Shown: positions 28,204 to 39,199 of the stretch, piece after piece
Numbering within the stretch: position 1 is the first letter of the stretch
Layout: the number at the start of each line of letters is the position of its first letter
Assembly (NCBI GenBank): GCA_048940445.1
Contig: JBHLON010000004.1
Coordinates: forward strand, 61,910-125,909
DNA length: 64,000 nucleotides
Source: Promethearchaeota archaeon
Lineage (GTDB): Archaea; Asgardarchaeota; Lokiarchaeia; Sigyniarchaeales; SOKP01
Direction of reading: 5' to 3'
The notes under the pieces: model-generated
Databases searched by the model: none
What the model was told of the DNA's origin: nothing
The model's input: the letters and a program-made list of their open reading frames with translations, nothing else
Made by a program: the position numbers and the translations under genes

Positions 28204-28917
28204 ATGGCAAGAGGAAAGGAATATGAATATGATATCTTAAAAAGCCCTACTTTTTCTTATATAGAAGTTCATTTAAATCAAGGGCAGCAAATACAATGTG
28301 AAGGTGGAACAATGATTTATTTCGATCCTACTTTAACAATTTCCACCAAGAAGGCTTCCAAAGGATTTTTAAAATCACTAAAACGTGTTTTAGCTGGTGA
28401 AACATTTTTTATGAACACATTTGAGGCTAATGAAGCGGGGAATCTAGGATTAGCCCCTGCCTTTCCTGGGGATTTAATGCATCTTTCCCTAGAAAAGAAT
28501 AATAGTTGGATACTTTTTAGCGGTTGCTTCATTGCTAGCTCTATGCATTTTGAAACAGAGACAAGTTATCTTGGTTTAAAAAGAGCCATTTTTGGTGGAG
28601 AAAGAGCCTTTTATTTAAAAGTAGATGCTTTAAACGGACCTGGAGATTTATTTGTTGGTGCTATGGGAGCATTTATTGAGACACATTTAGATAACAATCA
28701 ACTTTTTAATTGTGATAATGGGCATTTAGTAGCGATGGAATCAACTGTCACTTTTGATATTAAAAAAGTAGGGGGTTTAAAGTCAACATTTCTTTCAGGA
28801 GAAGGTTTAATAACCCAATTAAAAGGTCCCGGACGAGTTATAATGCAATCAAGAAATCCTCGTGAGTTTGCATTATGGTTGTACAATTTTATGCCTAAAC
28901 CACGAAGCACTTCTTAA
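28204..28917 (+). CDS. AIM24/TIGR00266 family protein
   Basis: GETFFMN, FGGE, DNGHLVA, SGEGL...GPG.V..QSR. Confidence 0.9.
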   Translation: MARGKEYEYDILKSPTFSYIEVHLNQGQQIQCEGGTMIYFDPTLTISTKKASKGFLKSLKRVLAGETFFMNTFEANEAGNLGLAPAFPGDLMHLSLEKNNSWILFSGCFIASSMHFETETSYLGLKRAIFGGERAFYLKVDALNGPGDLFVGAMGAFIETHLDNNQLFNCDNGHLVAMESTVTFDIKKVGGLKSTFLSGEGLITQLKGPGRVIMQSRNPREFALWLYNFMPKPRSTS

Positions 28918-29589
28918 GAGAATCAGTTGAGTGATGACTTGCTAACATTTTTGGAGAGATATTATTATGTTAAAAAATCAGTTATACCTCTCATTTAAAA
29001 TATTAATACTTTATTTTTTTCTTATTAACAGTCTGTATTAATAGCGTTCCATTAAATTATGAAACTAATTAGTTGTTCTGGTAGCTAATTGGAAAAAGAT
29101 CTTTAATAAAAGAAGTATATGAAGCCGATGAAGAGACAATTCATCACTATTTTTTGAAAGAGAATCCATTGTACAACAATTGTAAAAAATGATGAAAATT
29201 ATTGATCGTGAATTTGGGCCAACAAGGCGAGAGCTTATATTATACTTTAAGCATTATCCAGTGTGTCCATAGTCAGTCCTGTGCCCCCTACAAAAAGGGG
29301 GGTTTCACCTTAAAATGTTGCACAAATCGAAATCATTTAAATAGTACTGGATAAAAATTAGAGAAAATGTTGCATTATTTTTAGAAAATGTGCAACAATT
29401 CTAATTCGATTATTTTCTGATTGATATCAACCTGGAAAAGATAAGAAATTTAAGATTCGTTTATTAATCATATAAATCATTCAAAGTACAAGATACTCCT
29501 ACCAGACAATCTTTAAAACTTTAAATTGAATTTATGATAAATGATCATTATACCTTTAACCCGAAACTAATTAAAAATAAAAAATATAG

Positions 29590-29898
29590 GTGAAAGATAT
29601 GGGAAGAGCATTTGGAATTGTGGCTTTAATTTTTGGTATTATTAGTATCCCGTTTGAGATATTCGCTGCTTGGGTAGATGTTTTCGGTGGAGTTTTTGGA
29701 ATGCTTCAGATCGCAAATCTTATAATCATTCTAGGATGGGTATTCATAGTTGTTGCCATCCTCTTTGGAATTATTGGTGCTATCGGAGATAGACCTAAAG
29801 GATTAGCAATAGCAGGACTGATTTTGGGAATTATAGGATTAATTATAAGATTTAGTTTTAGGTTTCTATTTATTACGATGCTAAGTATAGTTCCTTAG
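29590..29898 (+). CDS. Small 3-TM membrane protein (DUF4190-like)
   Basis: Hydrophobic; GLAIAGLILGII motif. Confidence 0.65.
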   Translation: MKDMGRAFGIVALIFGIISIPFEIFAAWVDVFGGVFGMLQIANLIIILGWVFIVVAILFGIIGAIGDRPKGLAIAGLILGIIGLIIRFSFRFLFITMLSIVP

Positions 29899-29983
29899 CA
29901 AATCTAAATCATTATTTTTTTATTAAAAATAAAGGGAAAAAAAAAGGCAGAAATAAAAAAGTTTTAAAAATTTCAGCCTAAAT

Positions 29984-31282
29984 TTAGCCTACGGACATTT
30001 TAAAAAGCGTTCTCAGTGAAAGAGACATAATATACAATTGGATCTGCCTCGAGCCACCCACTATCTCTTGAATTCTGGATATGTTCAAATAATCGTGCAT
30101 TAAAGTATTATCACATAGGCCAGCTCCTCCCATTATGTTAGCACATTCATAACAAACTTTTCTAGATAGTTTAGCAGCGTGATATTTCATTTGTGATGCT
30201 CCAGCGACCATAGCTTGAGAGATATTTTTTGGGATTTCTCCGCCAAATTTTTCGAATTTCTCATCATATGCCTCACAAAATTTGAGGAGTCCAATCGTCA
30301 AATTAGTAGTTTGGGCCCATAGATCTGCCAATAGAAAGCCTACACCTTGGAACTTCAGGATCTCTTGATCAAATTGTTTTCTAAGGTTTGCATAAATAAC
30401 AGCATGAGCTAATGCTCCCCAACATTCACTCATACTCATAATCGCGATAGAAATTCTTTCCGGCACAAGTCCTTCAAAAAGGTGTTCACGACCTTTTCCC
30501 ACTGGGCCTAGGATATATTCTTTAGGGACTCTAAGGTTTGTAAAAGTTTCTTTTCCAAGATAGAGTTTAGGGACCCATGGAATGTTAACCCGTTCAATTT
30601 TAAGGCCGTTCCAATTAGTATTAACTAGAAACTGGGCCATTGTATTTCCATTATTGGCTTCAGCTGCTGCATAGGCTACAACCCATTTAGATCGGGGCGC
30701 GTTGGTATTATATATTTTCTGACCCATTAAAAGGAAACTGCCATCATCCTGTTCAGTACAGGTAGTTAATTGATGAACAGCATCAGAACCACGTTCCGGT
30801 TCGGTGATGAGAATGGCTCCTGGGCTTTTCCCTGTGACTAGTTCTTTTAGTGCATCTAGTCTTTCGGGCACATGGTCATGATGTTCATATACAGGATTTA
30901 TAGCCAATACAGTTGCTCCGCCACCCATGGCAAACTGAGGATCAAACATATCAATAGCAATATTCCTCATAAAATCGGGAGCTAATCCCCATTCATCATA
31001 ATGCACATCACACACGTCAAAGTTATGCTGTCGTGTAATATATCCTTTTTCTCCAAATTCGGGAACCCATTCATAGATATCCTCATCAGATCCGTGAATT
31101 ATGTTGTTCTTTTTTTCGAACCTTAAGCAGAAGCGTTCAACTTCCCGTAAAAAGTTAAATTCTTTAGGGGATAGAATAGAAGTGAGATTATTATTCAAGA
31201 AGGCATAGCGGTTTTTCAAGCTCAATTTATCTAAAATTTCATCATTTATAGCTTGAGTTTTAAATTTTCTTTTTTCGCTCAT
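29984..31282 (-). CDS. Acyl-CoA dehydrogenase (close paralog of 26699-28000)
   Basis: Same motifs; long identical stretches such as SPGAILITEPERGSDAVH and NISRIQEIVGGSRQIQ. Confidence 0.92.
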   Translation of the reverse strand: MSEKRKFKTQAINDEILDKLSLKNRYAFLNNNLTSILSPKEFNFLREVERFCLRFEKKNNIIHGSDEDIYEWVPEFGEKGYITRQHNFDVCDVHYDEWGLAPDFMRNIAIDMFDPQFAMGGGATVLAINPVYEHHDHVPERLDALKELVTGKSPGAILITEPERGSDAVHQLTTCTEQDDGSFLLMGQKIYNTNAPRSKWVVAYAAAEANNGNTMAQFLVNTNWNGLKIERVNIPWVPKLYLGKETFTNLRVPKEYILGPVGKGREHLFEGLVPERISIAIMSMSECWGALAHAVIYANLRKQFDQEILKFQGVGFLLADLWAQTTNLTIGLLKFCEAYDEKFEKFGGEIPKNISQAMVAGASQMKYHAAKLSRKVCYECANIMGGAGLCDNTLMHDYLNISRIQEIVGGSRQIQLYIMSLSLRTLFKMSVG

Positions 31283-31417
31283 TTTTAAATCATCTTTTTT
31301 TAATTTGATTTATAGGTAGAAGATACGTATAATGAGAAGAATATAATGTAATTTTTTAAGTTTTTTTCATGCGTATATTTATCAAACATTAAATGATATT
31401 TTACATTTGAGTACTAT

Positions 31418-32308
31418 ATGAAGCTCTTAATTACTGGAAGTGAAGGATTTATAGGATCTGCTCTTAAAGGTGTGTTAGAAAAAAATGATATCGAAAGTAT
31501 ATCTTATGATATAAGAGGCAATCCAAAAGATGATGTAAAAGATTTACATAACTTAAAGGCAAAGATGAGAGATGTAAATGGTGTTATTCATCTAGCAGCA
31601 GTAAGTAGAGTCAAATTAGCCCAAGAAAATCCATTAGAATGTATTCAAACTAATATTGGAGGCACAATTAACGTTCTAGAAGCAGCTAGGCATGGAACAA
31701 ATAACCATCCATGGGTTATTTTTGGTTCATCAAGAGAGGTATACGGAGAATCACCAATTTTGCCTGTTACAGAGGAATCTCCCCGTAATAGTATTAATAT
31801 TTATGGAGTTTCGAAAGTTACGGGGGAAGACATGTGTAAGATTTATTCAAGTCATTATGGAGTAAAGGCACGAGTATTAAGGTTTTCAAATGTATATACT
31901 GGGCTTAAAGATCATTTAGATAGAGTAATTCCAAAGTTTATCATTCAAGCACTTAATGATGAGGATTTAATCATTAATGGCTCTGGTAATGAGCAATTTG
32001 ATTTTACCTATATCGAAGATACAGTTAGAGGAGTTTATTTGTGTATTCAGGAGGTATTGAAAAGTAACATTCCATTTGATCATTATAATATTTCAAGTGG
32101 TATTCCGATTTCTTTAAGAGGGTTAGCGGATTTGATCATAGAAAAGACAAAAAGTAATTCAAATATTAAATTTGTTAAAGCGAGATCATATGATGTTGGC
32201 AGATTCTATGCTATGCCCATAAAGGCTGAAAAGAAACTTGGGTTTAAAACGAGTATCTCTTTAGATAATGGCATTGATCTAGCAATCAAAGAGTTAAAGA
32301 GATTATAA
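31418..32308 (+). CDS. NAD-dependent epimerase/dehydratase (extended SDR)
   Basis: TGSEGFIG, HLAA, SSREVYG, YGVSK. Confidence 0.92.
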   Translation: MKLLITGSEGFIGSALKGVLEKNDIESISYDIRGNPKDDVKDLHNLKAKMRDVNGVIHLAAVSRVKLAQENPLECIQTNIGGTINVLEAARHGTNNHPWVIFGSSREVYGESPILPVTEESPRNSINIYGVSKVTGEDMCKIYSSHYGVKARVLRFSNVYTGLKDHLDRVIPKFIIQALNDEDLIINGSGNEQFDFTYIEDTVRGVYLCIQEVLKSNIPFDHYNISSGIPISLRGLADLIIEKTKSNSNIKFVKARSYDVGRFYAMPIKAEKKLGFKTSISLDNGIDLAIKELKRL

Positions 32309-32355
32309 ATAAAATAAAAGAAGAATAATTAAAATTTATTAGAAAAAAGTATTAT

Positions 32356-32571
32356 TTAATCCTCGTCCTCTTCATCTTCGCCCATTAGTTCTTCAATTTT
32401 GTCTTCTAGTTCTTCAATTTTATCATCAAGGTCAGAAATCTTTTTATAAGTTTCGCAAGTTTCGCATCCATCATCTTTTTCGCATTGAGGGAGTGTATCG
32501 CATATTTCTTCAAGTTTGTCTCTTTCTTCTAATAACTTTTCAACTTGATCTTCAAGTTCTTCAATACTCAT
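32356..32571 (-). CDS. Small acidic coiled-coil protein with central 4-Cys cluster
   Basis: Heptad-like helices flanking C-x5-C-x5-C-x2-C; GGTG SD-like element upstream. Confidence 0.7.
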   Translation of the reverse strand: MSIEELEDQVEKLLEERDKLEEICDTLPQCEKDDGCETCETYKKISDLDDKIEELEDKIEELMGEDEEDED

Positions 32572-32709
32572 GGTTTACACCTTCAAATGTATTAATATTG
32601 AATAATTCATAATTTAAGTTCTTTTCCATTTTAGAAATTTGTTAAGTGTATAGATACTTATTTTCTAGAAATTTTATTAAAAAAAGATTGAATGAATAAA
32701 TAAAAATAA

Positions 32710-34755
32710 TTAGGTTGGTAATTTTTCCATTTTCTTTTGAATTTGTTTATTCAAAGTGTTAATATCTTTATCCAATTTTGTTAATTCTGTTGAAATCTTT
32801 TCGAATCTATTTTCTTGAAGATCTAACTTTTTAATATATCGTTCTTTTAAGGAGATGGATTGAGAATCTTTTCCTAAGACAGAAATATTTTCTCGAAGTC
32901 TTGCTTGTTCATTTGTCATTAAGTCTCTTTCTTTGTTTAGTTTTTCTCTTTTACTTTTAAGGTCATTTAGCTTTTCTATATCTTCAGCTATTTCTTTTAA
33001 TTGAGTTTCCAGAGCAACATCAATAAACTTCTTTTTCACATAAAATCCGATTCGTTTTAAAAAATCCTCTTTTGACCAATTCCATAAATAATTACTACTA
33101 TAATTTTCTCTTTGTTCTTTTAGAGAGAATCTAATTGCATTCTTAGGTTTTAGAGAAAGCTTAAATCGCCAATAATTTGGAGTCTCTTCAGGTTCAACAG
33201 GTTTTTCGATAAATTTGAAATCAGGAGTTTTAGGATGATCCAAATATAGTTCTTTTTCTTCATCTATCTTATTATTAATTTTGTATGTAGTGGTTATATT
33301 AGTAAAATAATGTTCATAAGAATATCCACTTCCAAATGTAACTCTATGTACACTAAGATTTTCTGACTTTTGTTCATGCATTATGATTATGGCCTGCTCG
33401 ATTGCATAATTTAAGAGTCTTGTATCATCTTTATTAAGAAATGGAATAATTGCTTCTCCAGCAAGGTTATCATCATATATAATTGTTGCAGGTCCTCTCT
33501 CCAAAGTTAAATTAGTATTATTGGTTATTTCTATACAAGCATTAGGATTTTTTTCATGTTCGTTTTTGTTATATAATAGTACTCTCTTTGCCTTAATTGA
33601 TTCTGTTAAGATAGGTACTAAGGCAGATTGTTTTCTCTTAATTGAAATTGGTTTTGCTATGTTATACTCAAATAATTCTCCTAAGTCTTTAGTTTGAATT
33701 TGAGTCTGCGTTTTGATTTTATCCATAAGTGTTTCATCAGATAGCTCACTTCCGGTATAACCAAAACCTCCGCGTCGTTTTGCCATTGGTGCAGGTGCTC
33801 CAGCAACAGCCATTTTTGCTGCTCGTTTGAGACTTCTAGTAGCTAAAGGTTCTTCCGCCATAGCATAATCTTTAAATCTTTCTTTTTCTAAACCTTCTTC
33901 AATTTCTGTGGGTTTTGCACTTAATACTTTAGGCGGTCTAATTACAGGTCTCTCAATAAATATAGGTCGATAAAATTCGTATTTAAAAGAGATGGGCATT
34001 CCTGCAACAAGACTCAATTCTATTGCTTCCCAATCTTGATTAGTGGTATTTTCAATCAAGCTCCACCCAGATAATAAACATTTGTTCTCTAATGCTTGTT
34101 CTTTACTCATAATAAGGCGATATGATGTTTTCCAGATAGGACTTTCCCGAATATATGATACAAACACATTCCTTTCAATATCATCATCGCCTCCTGATTC
34201 ACAATTAATGATAATTTTTTTGGCATCTTTCTTTTTACCAGATATAACGGTTTCCAAGAAAAAGTTAAGATCTTTCTTTATATCTTCGTTTAAAATATTT
34301 AGTGATTTAATCTCATCAAAACCTATTTTGGTGACAACTTCCTCATCCTGTAATAGTACAAGTTTCTTCTCAAATATTTTCTCGTCTTTAACTACTTTCT
34401 CTATTGTTTCAATTCCCATTATAGTACCTGAAATCTTCTTAGCACCGCCAATAGTTAAATCAACATTTGCCCCTTTTATTTGTGTAACAAGTGAGCTAAA
34501 TGAATCTGTATCTGGAATGTCTAGCATTATTGATTTTAGTAATTGTGAAGTATCCAACGCTGCATCGTAAGATATGGAACTAATATACCCTTTTTTGCTA
34601 GTATCTAATACAAAGAGGGATTTTAAGATATCATCCATCTCATCAATTTTAAACTCAAGCTCAAATGTATCAGTACCTTTTACAACACCCTCAAGAATAT
34701 AATAGGAAACTCCATGTTTAAAAATAATGACTTTCTTTACTTTTAGTTTAACCAT
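32710..34755 (-). CDS. DUF4139/DUF4140-like protein with C-terminal coiled coil
   Basis: IFKHGV, DDILKSL, PIWKTSYRL, ENTT..DW..L.LVAG, GELFEY. Confidence 0.75.
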   Translation of the reverse strand: MVKLKVKKVIIFKHGVSYYILEGVVKGTDTFELEFKIDEMDDILKSLFVLDTSKKGYISSISYDAALDTSQLLKSIMLDIPDTDSFSSLVTQIKGANVDLTIGGAKKISGTIMGIETIEKVVKDEKIFEKKLVLLQDEEVVTKIGFDEIKSLNILNEDIKKDLNFFLETVISGKKKDAKKIIINCESGGDDDIERNVFVSYIRESPIWKTSYRLIMSKEQALENKCLLSGWSLIENTTNQDWEAIELSLVAGMPISFKYEFYRPIFIERPVIRPPKVLSAKPTEIEEGLEKERFKDYAMAEEPLATRSLKRAAKMAVAGAPAPMAKRRGGFGYTGSELSDETLMDKIKTQTQIQTKDLGELFEYNIAKPISIKRKQSALVPILTESIKAKRVLLYNKNEHEKNPNACIEITNNTNLTLERGPATIIYDDNLAGEAIIPFLNKDDTRLLNYAIEQAIIIMHEQKSENLSVHRVTFGSGYSYEHYFTNITTTYKINNKIDEEKELYLDHPKTPDFKFIEKPVEPEETPNYWRFKLSLKPKNAIRFSLKEQRENYSSNYLWNWSKEDFLKRIGFYVKKKFIDVALETQLKEIAEDIEKLNDLKSKREKLNKERDLMTNEQARLRENISVLGKDSQSISLKERYIKKLDLQENRFEKISTELTKLDKDINTLNKQIQKKMEKLPT

Positions 34756-34836
34756 AGGATTATTAAAGCTTCCTATTAATTTAAATGTTGATTAGTAAAA
34801 TAGAATCCTCTAACTTAGGAAAAATAGAAGAAAAGA

Positions 34837-35400
34837 TTAGAGGTTTTCTTGAAGTATTTCGAGTATATCTTCTTCAATAGTTGATCCATCTTTCGGATTT
34901 TCGATAATAACACCTAAAAAATTATCCTTTTTATTAAAGAAATAGATTGTAGGGATCGCTTTTAAGTTAAATTTAGGACTTACTGCTTCTTTAGGGGACC
35001 GTTTTTTATGCCAAATTGGTTCACCAGGCTTATGGAATGCGTTTTTCATAATTCCATATAAAATTTTAAATGTTATTTCTTTATTATCTAGCATCTTAAT
35101 AATTTTGATTAGTCTTGGGATATTTCTGTTACAATCAGGACACCACTCAGCTCCTAAGGCAAGGATTTTTAATCCTTCCTCTTTTATCTCTAACAACTTA
35201 TTGATTTCATCAAGGATGTTTAATTTTGGTTCATAAGTTTTGTAATTAATTGCTATTTTCTCTTTATTGGTATTTAGATATTCATCTGGAGAAATTGTTG
35301 GTGATACAAGATCAGTCCATTTTAATTGATTTTTAGATGCCATAATACAAATATAAAGAACCATAATTAAAAAAAATTCTTTTAATGAACAATCTGTCAT
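34837..35400 (-). CDS. Thioredoxin-fold protein
   Basis: WCPDC and IPT cis-Pro motif; true start likely MASKNQ (35343). Confidence 0.85.
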   Translation of the reverse strand: MTDCSLKEFFLIMVLYICIMASKNQLKWTDLVSPTISPDEYLNTNKEKIAINYKTYEPKLNILDEINKLLEIKEEGLKILALGAEWCPDCNRNIPRLIKIIKMLDNKEITFKILYGIMKNAFHKPGEPIWHKKRSPKEAVSPKFNLKAIPTIYFFNKKDNFLGVIIENPKDGSTIEEDILEILQENL

Positions 35401-35493
35401 GTGGATTTATAGATTTTAAACGTAATTAAGATAAATAAGATATTAATTAATAAGTAACAATTGAAAGTAATTTTTTGATAAAGTTGTGATAGT

Positions 35494-37329
35494 ATGACAC
35501 TAAAAGGATTTAGGGGAAAATTATTGAATGTAAATTTGTCTACCTCAAAAATTTTTATAGAACCTTTAAATGAAGATATCGCTAAAAACTTTTTAGGAGG
35601 AGCTGGATATGCTTGTCGTTATTTATATAATAAAATAAAAAACTCAACTGATCCACTTTCACCTAACAATATAATAATGATAATGAATGGTCCATTAAAT
35701 GGAACTTTTGCACCAAATACAGGAAGATGGGTTGTTTGCTCAAGATCACCATATACAGGAATTTGGGGTGAATCAAATTGTGGGAGTTGGTTTGGAGCAG
35801 AAGTTAAAAAAGCTGGTTATGATGGGATAATAATTTCAGGCAGTTCACAAAAACCCGTTTATCTTAAAGTAAATGATGATGAGGTAGAACTCAAAGATGC
35901 TGAGGAATTATGGGGAAAAGGCACGTACCAAACAACTATTCGTTTAAAGGAATTAATTGGAGATATAAAATCACATGTAGCATGCATAGGACCTGCAGGA
36001 GAAAATTTAGTTAAATATGCAAATATCATTTCAGAAGAGAGAGCAGCGGGTCGAACTGGTATGGGTACAATTTTTGGGTCTAAAAAGTTAAAGGGAATAG
36101 TTGTAAAGGGGAGTAAAACTAAATTAGAAGTTGATAATCCTGAAAAACTTAGAGAGATAATAAATATAACGAGGGATACTGTGAAATCATCATTTGCTAC
36201 ACAAGTTTTGAGAGATTTAGGGACATCTGGTGCCATGGATATGTATAATGTAACTGGAGAATTACCAATTAAGTATTTTACAATTCCGCAATGGGATGAA
36301 GCCTACAATATCTCTGGAGCAACAATGGCAGAAAAAATTTTAGTGAAGAATAGGTTTTGCCACTCATGTGTTATAGGTTGCGGAAGAAGGATTGCAGTAA
36401 AAAATGGTATTTATAAAACTGATGAAATTGAAGGCCCGGAATATGAGACTCTAGTTAGTTTCGGCTCTTTATATTTGAATGATAACTTAGAATGGATTAC
36501 CCATATAAATAGAAAATGTTTTGACTATGGAATCGATACGATAAGCTCTGGGAGCATAATCTCTTGTTTAACTCATCATTTCAAGAAAGGAAAAATCAAA
36601 AACAGTGATTTAGATGGATTGACCCCTGACTGGGGAAATGTCGAAGTTGCTGAAAATTTATTGGAAAAAATTGTTTATAGAGAAGGTATTGGTGATTTGT
36701 TAGCTGAAGGATCTATTGCTATAGCCAAAAGATTTAGTATCTCTCCAGATGAGATTGCTACTGTCGATGGAATGGAAGTGACTTACCATGATCTTCGCTC
36801 TAATTATGGTATGGCAATTGCATATGGAATGGGTTTAAAAGGGCCATCTCATAATCTCTTGGATGCTTATTATGTTTTAGTTGGTGTTCCATTCGAAGAA
36901 ATTGGAATTAAAATAATAGATAAATATTCTAATAATGAAGACATGGCTGAATTTTGTTCTTTACTCATGGATTATAGAGCCTTATATAGTTCGATAATTA
37001 TGTGTTCTTTCTGTAACCCACTTCCATCTCAAATTGCCCAACTAATTGAATACGCCACAGGGTTGAAATTTGGGTTAAATGAAGTAAAAATATATGGAGA
37101 GCGAATTGCAAACCTTAAACGTTTATTTAACATCAAAATGGGTTTAACTGCTTCTGATGATAGACTTCCTAAAATTTTAACAAATCCTTTCACTGATGGG
37201 GAGTCTGCTGGTAAAAGCCCAAATTTTGAAAAGTTAAAATCACTATTCTATAAATTTAGACAATGGGATCCCACTACAGGTGAACCAAGTCTTAAAAAAT
37301 TAAGAGAATTAGGTTTAGCGAAATTATAA
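35494..37329 (+). CDS. Tungsten-dependent aldehyde:ferredoxin oxidoreductase family
   Basis: SPYTG..ESN, IGPAGE, AAGRTG.G..FGSK.LK, C..C..GC, EYE, GIDTIS, DDRLP. Confidence 0.93.
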   Translation: MTLKGFRGKLLNVNLSTSKIFIEPLNEDIAKNFLGGAGYACRYLYNKIKNSTDPLSPNNIIMIMNGPLNGTFAPNTGRWVVCSRSPYTGIWGESNCGSWFGAEVKKAGYDGIIISGSSQKPVYLKVNDDEVELKDAEELWGKGTYQTTIRLKELIGDIKSHVACIGPAGENLVKYANIISEERAAGRTGMGTIFGSKKLKGIVVKGSKTKLEVDNPEKLREIINITRDTVKSSFATQVLRDLGTSGAMDMYNVTGELPIKYFTIPQWDEAYNISGATMAEKILVKNRFCHSCVIGCGRRIAVKNGIYKTDEIEGPEYETLVSFGSLYLNDNLEWITHINRKCFDYGIDTISSGSIISCLTHHFKKGKIKNSDLDGLTPDWGNVEVAENLLEKIVYREGIGDLLAEGSIAIAKRFSISPDEIATVDGMEVTYHDLRSNYGMAIAYGMGLKGPSHNLLDAYYVLVGVPFEEIGIKIIDKYSNNEDMAEFCSLLMDYRALYSSIIMCSFCNPLPSQIAQLIEYATGLKFGLNEVKIYGERIANLKRLFNIKMGLTASDDRLPKILTNPFTDGESAGKSPNFEKLKSLFYKFRQWDPTTGEPSLKKLRELGLAKL

Positions 37330-37445
37330 AAATATAATGATTAAAAATTTTAAATTTTGTTTTAACTATTATTAATTAAAAGATACTTTAAATTCTAAAC
37401 TAAGAATTGTATTAATACTTTTAAGAACAGTTTTGTTGAGAAATT

Positions 37446-39182
37446 ATGAGTCGAATAATGAAACTAATTTATTTGTTTGGTCCTTTCATTAGATTAGGTA
37501 ACTTAGTCAGAAGGACATTATCTAACTATATTAACCATTTTCATACTTCAAAGCCATCAAATAATACCTTTGAACTTGGCTTATGGAATAATGATGCTCT
37601 TGTACAAACAAAATATGGTTTGATATCTGGTTTAAAAGGTAAAAATTTTTGGTGTTGGAAGGGAATCCCCTATGCAACCCCTCCAATAGGTCCACTCCGT
37701 TGGAAGGCCCCACTTGATCCTATTCCTTGGAGCAAAACGCGTAAAACACGAAGATTTGGAAACTCAGCTGCACAATATATGCCAATATTAGGGCCAATTG
37801 GGTCAGAGGATTGTCTTTACCTCAATATTTGGCGTCCTAAAACTCCAGATATAAAATTACCGGTTTATCTATATGTCCACGGAGGAGGAAACTCAATTGG
37901 TTCATCAGCGGAAGTTGAGTATCATGGTAATGTAGTAGTTGAGAAATCTAACTTAGTGTACGTTTCAGTGAATTACCGTCTTGGAGCAATGGGTTGGTTC
38001 AAACATCCTGCAGTGACAGATAATGGTTCTCCTGAAGATAAAAGTGGTAATTTCGGTACTCTTGATCTGATAAAGGCTTTAGAATGGGTAAGAGATAATG
38101 TTGAAGCGTTTGGTGGTGATCCTGGAAATGTAACAATCGCAGGTGAATCTGGTGGTGCCTTTAATGTCTTCTCACTCCTTATCTCCCCTACAGCAAAAGG
38201 ATCCTTCCATCGTGCTATCGCAGAAAGTGGATTATCTTTAATTTGGAATACTGAAACTGCGGAGACTCAAAGTACTAGCCTTCTTATGAATCTTCTAACC
38301 AAAGACCACAAAATTAAGGATCAAAAAAAGATTGAGCAAATTATCAGTAAAATGTCAGAAAAAGAGATTAATAATTATTTTCGCTCAAAATCTGCGTTTG
38401 AAATCATAAAAAGTATTCCCACTAGGGATTTTGGAATGTCAGAATGGATGACTATTTTCACTGATGGTATTGTAATACCTAAAGAAGGATATTCTGTATT
38501 TTCAATTGGAGATTGGGCAAATAAGGTACCGTTAATCATTGGTTGTAACAAAGACGAAATGAAGCTTTTTGGTAGCTTTAGGAAATATCCAAAAAAAAAT
38601 ACAAGACATTATGACTTGATTTGGGGTTATCGTTCATTGCTTTGGCGCGTAAGTGGTCTTGATTCTTTAGTAAGTCAAATGACTACAAATGCAAATATAC
38701 CCATTTATGCTTACCGTTTTGATTGGGGAAGCCTGAATAATGAAGGTATGAGCGTTCTCCCGAAAGATAAGGGGAGAAACCTAGGTGCTCACCATGCTGC
38801 TGAGATTCCTTTCTTCTTAGGGATGGGTATGGGTAGTTTATCTGTGGTTACAGGAAAAACTCATACTCAGCATAATCATCCTGGTCGGGAAAAGCTAACA
38901 GACTTATGTATGAAGTATCTTGCCAATTTCGCACGAACAGGAAATCCAAACGGAGAGAGCTTACCTTATTGGCCATCTTGGGAGAGTGGTGAAGGAAAAG
39001 ATAAAATTCTCGTTCTCGACGCAAATATTAAAGATTTAAGGCTTTCTTATTTAAAGGATATGATTTCTGTTAAAAGTATTCTTGATCTCATCAAATTTGA
39101 GCTAAAGGAGCCTGAACTAGGAACTATACTATCACTTCTTAATGACACTATACCCTTTGGAATGAATATGTCTGAAAAATGA
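37446..39182 (+). CDS. Type-B carboxylesterase
   Basis: GIPYA.PP.G.LRW, SEDCLYLN, HGGG, GESGG, GAHHAAE. Confidence 0.92.
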   Translation: MSRIMKLIYLFGPFIRLGNLVRRTLSNYINHFHTSKPSNNTFELGLWNNDALVQTKYGLISGLKGKNFWCWKGIPYATPPIGPLRWKAPLDPIPWSKTRKTRRFGNSAAQYMPILGPIGSEDCLYLNIWRPKTPDIKLPVYLYVHGGGNSIGSSAEVEYHGNVVVEKSNLVYVSVNYRLGAMGWFKHPAVTDNGSPEDKSGNFGTLDLIKALEWVRDNVEAFGGDPGNVTIAGESGGAFNVFSLLISPTAKGSFHRAIAESGLSLIWNTETAETQSTSLLMNLLTKDHKIKDQKKIEQIISKMSEKEINNYFRSKSAFEIIKSIPTRDFGMSEWMTIFTDGIVIPKEGYSVFSIGDWANKVPLIIGCNKDEMKLFGSFRKYPKKNTRHYDLIWGYRSLLWRVSGLDSLVSQMTTNANIPIYAYRFDWGSLNNEGMSVLPKDKGRNLGAHHAAEIPFFLGMGMGSLSVVTGKTHTQHNHPGREKLTDLCMKYLANFARTGNPNGESLPYWPSWESGEGKDKILVLDANIKDLRLSYLKDMISVKSILDLIKFELKEPELGTILSLLNDTIPFGMNMSEK

Positions 39183-39199
39183 ATAAAATTTTCAGTATT

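Noticed and set aside
28931-28990. Isolated C-box-like GTGATGA (similar motifs near 56538 and 58101)
   Set aside because: No matching D box at an appropriate spacing.
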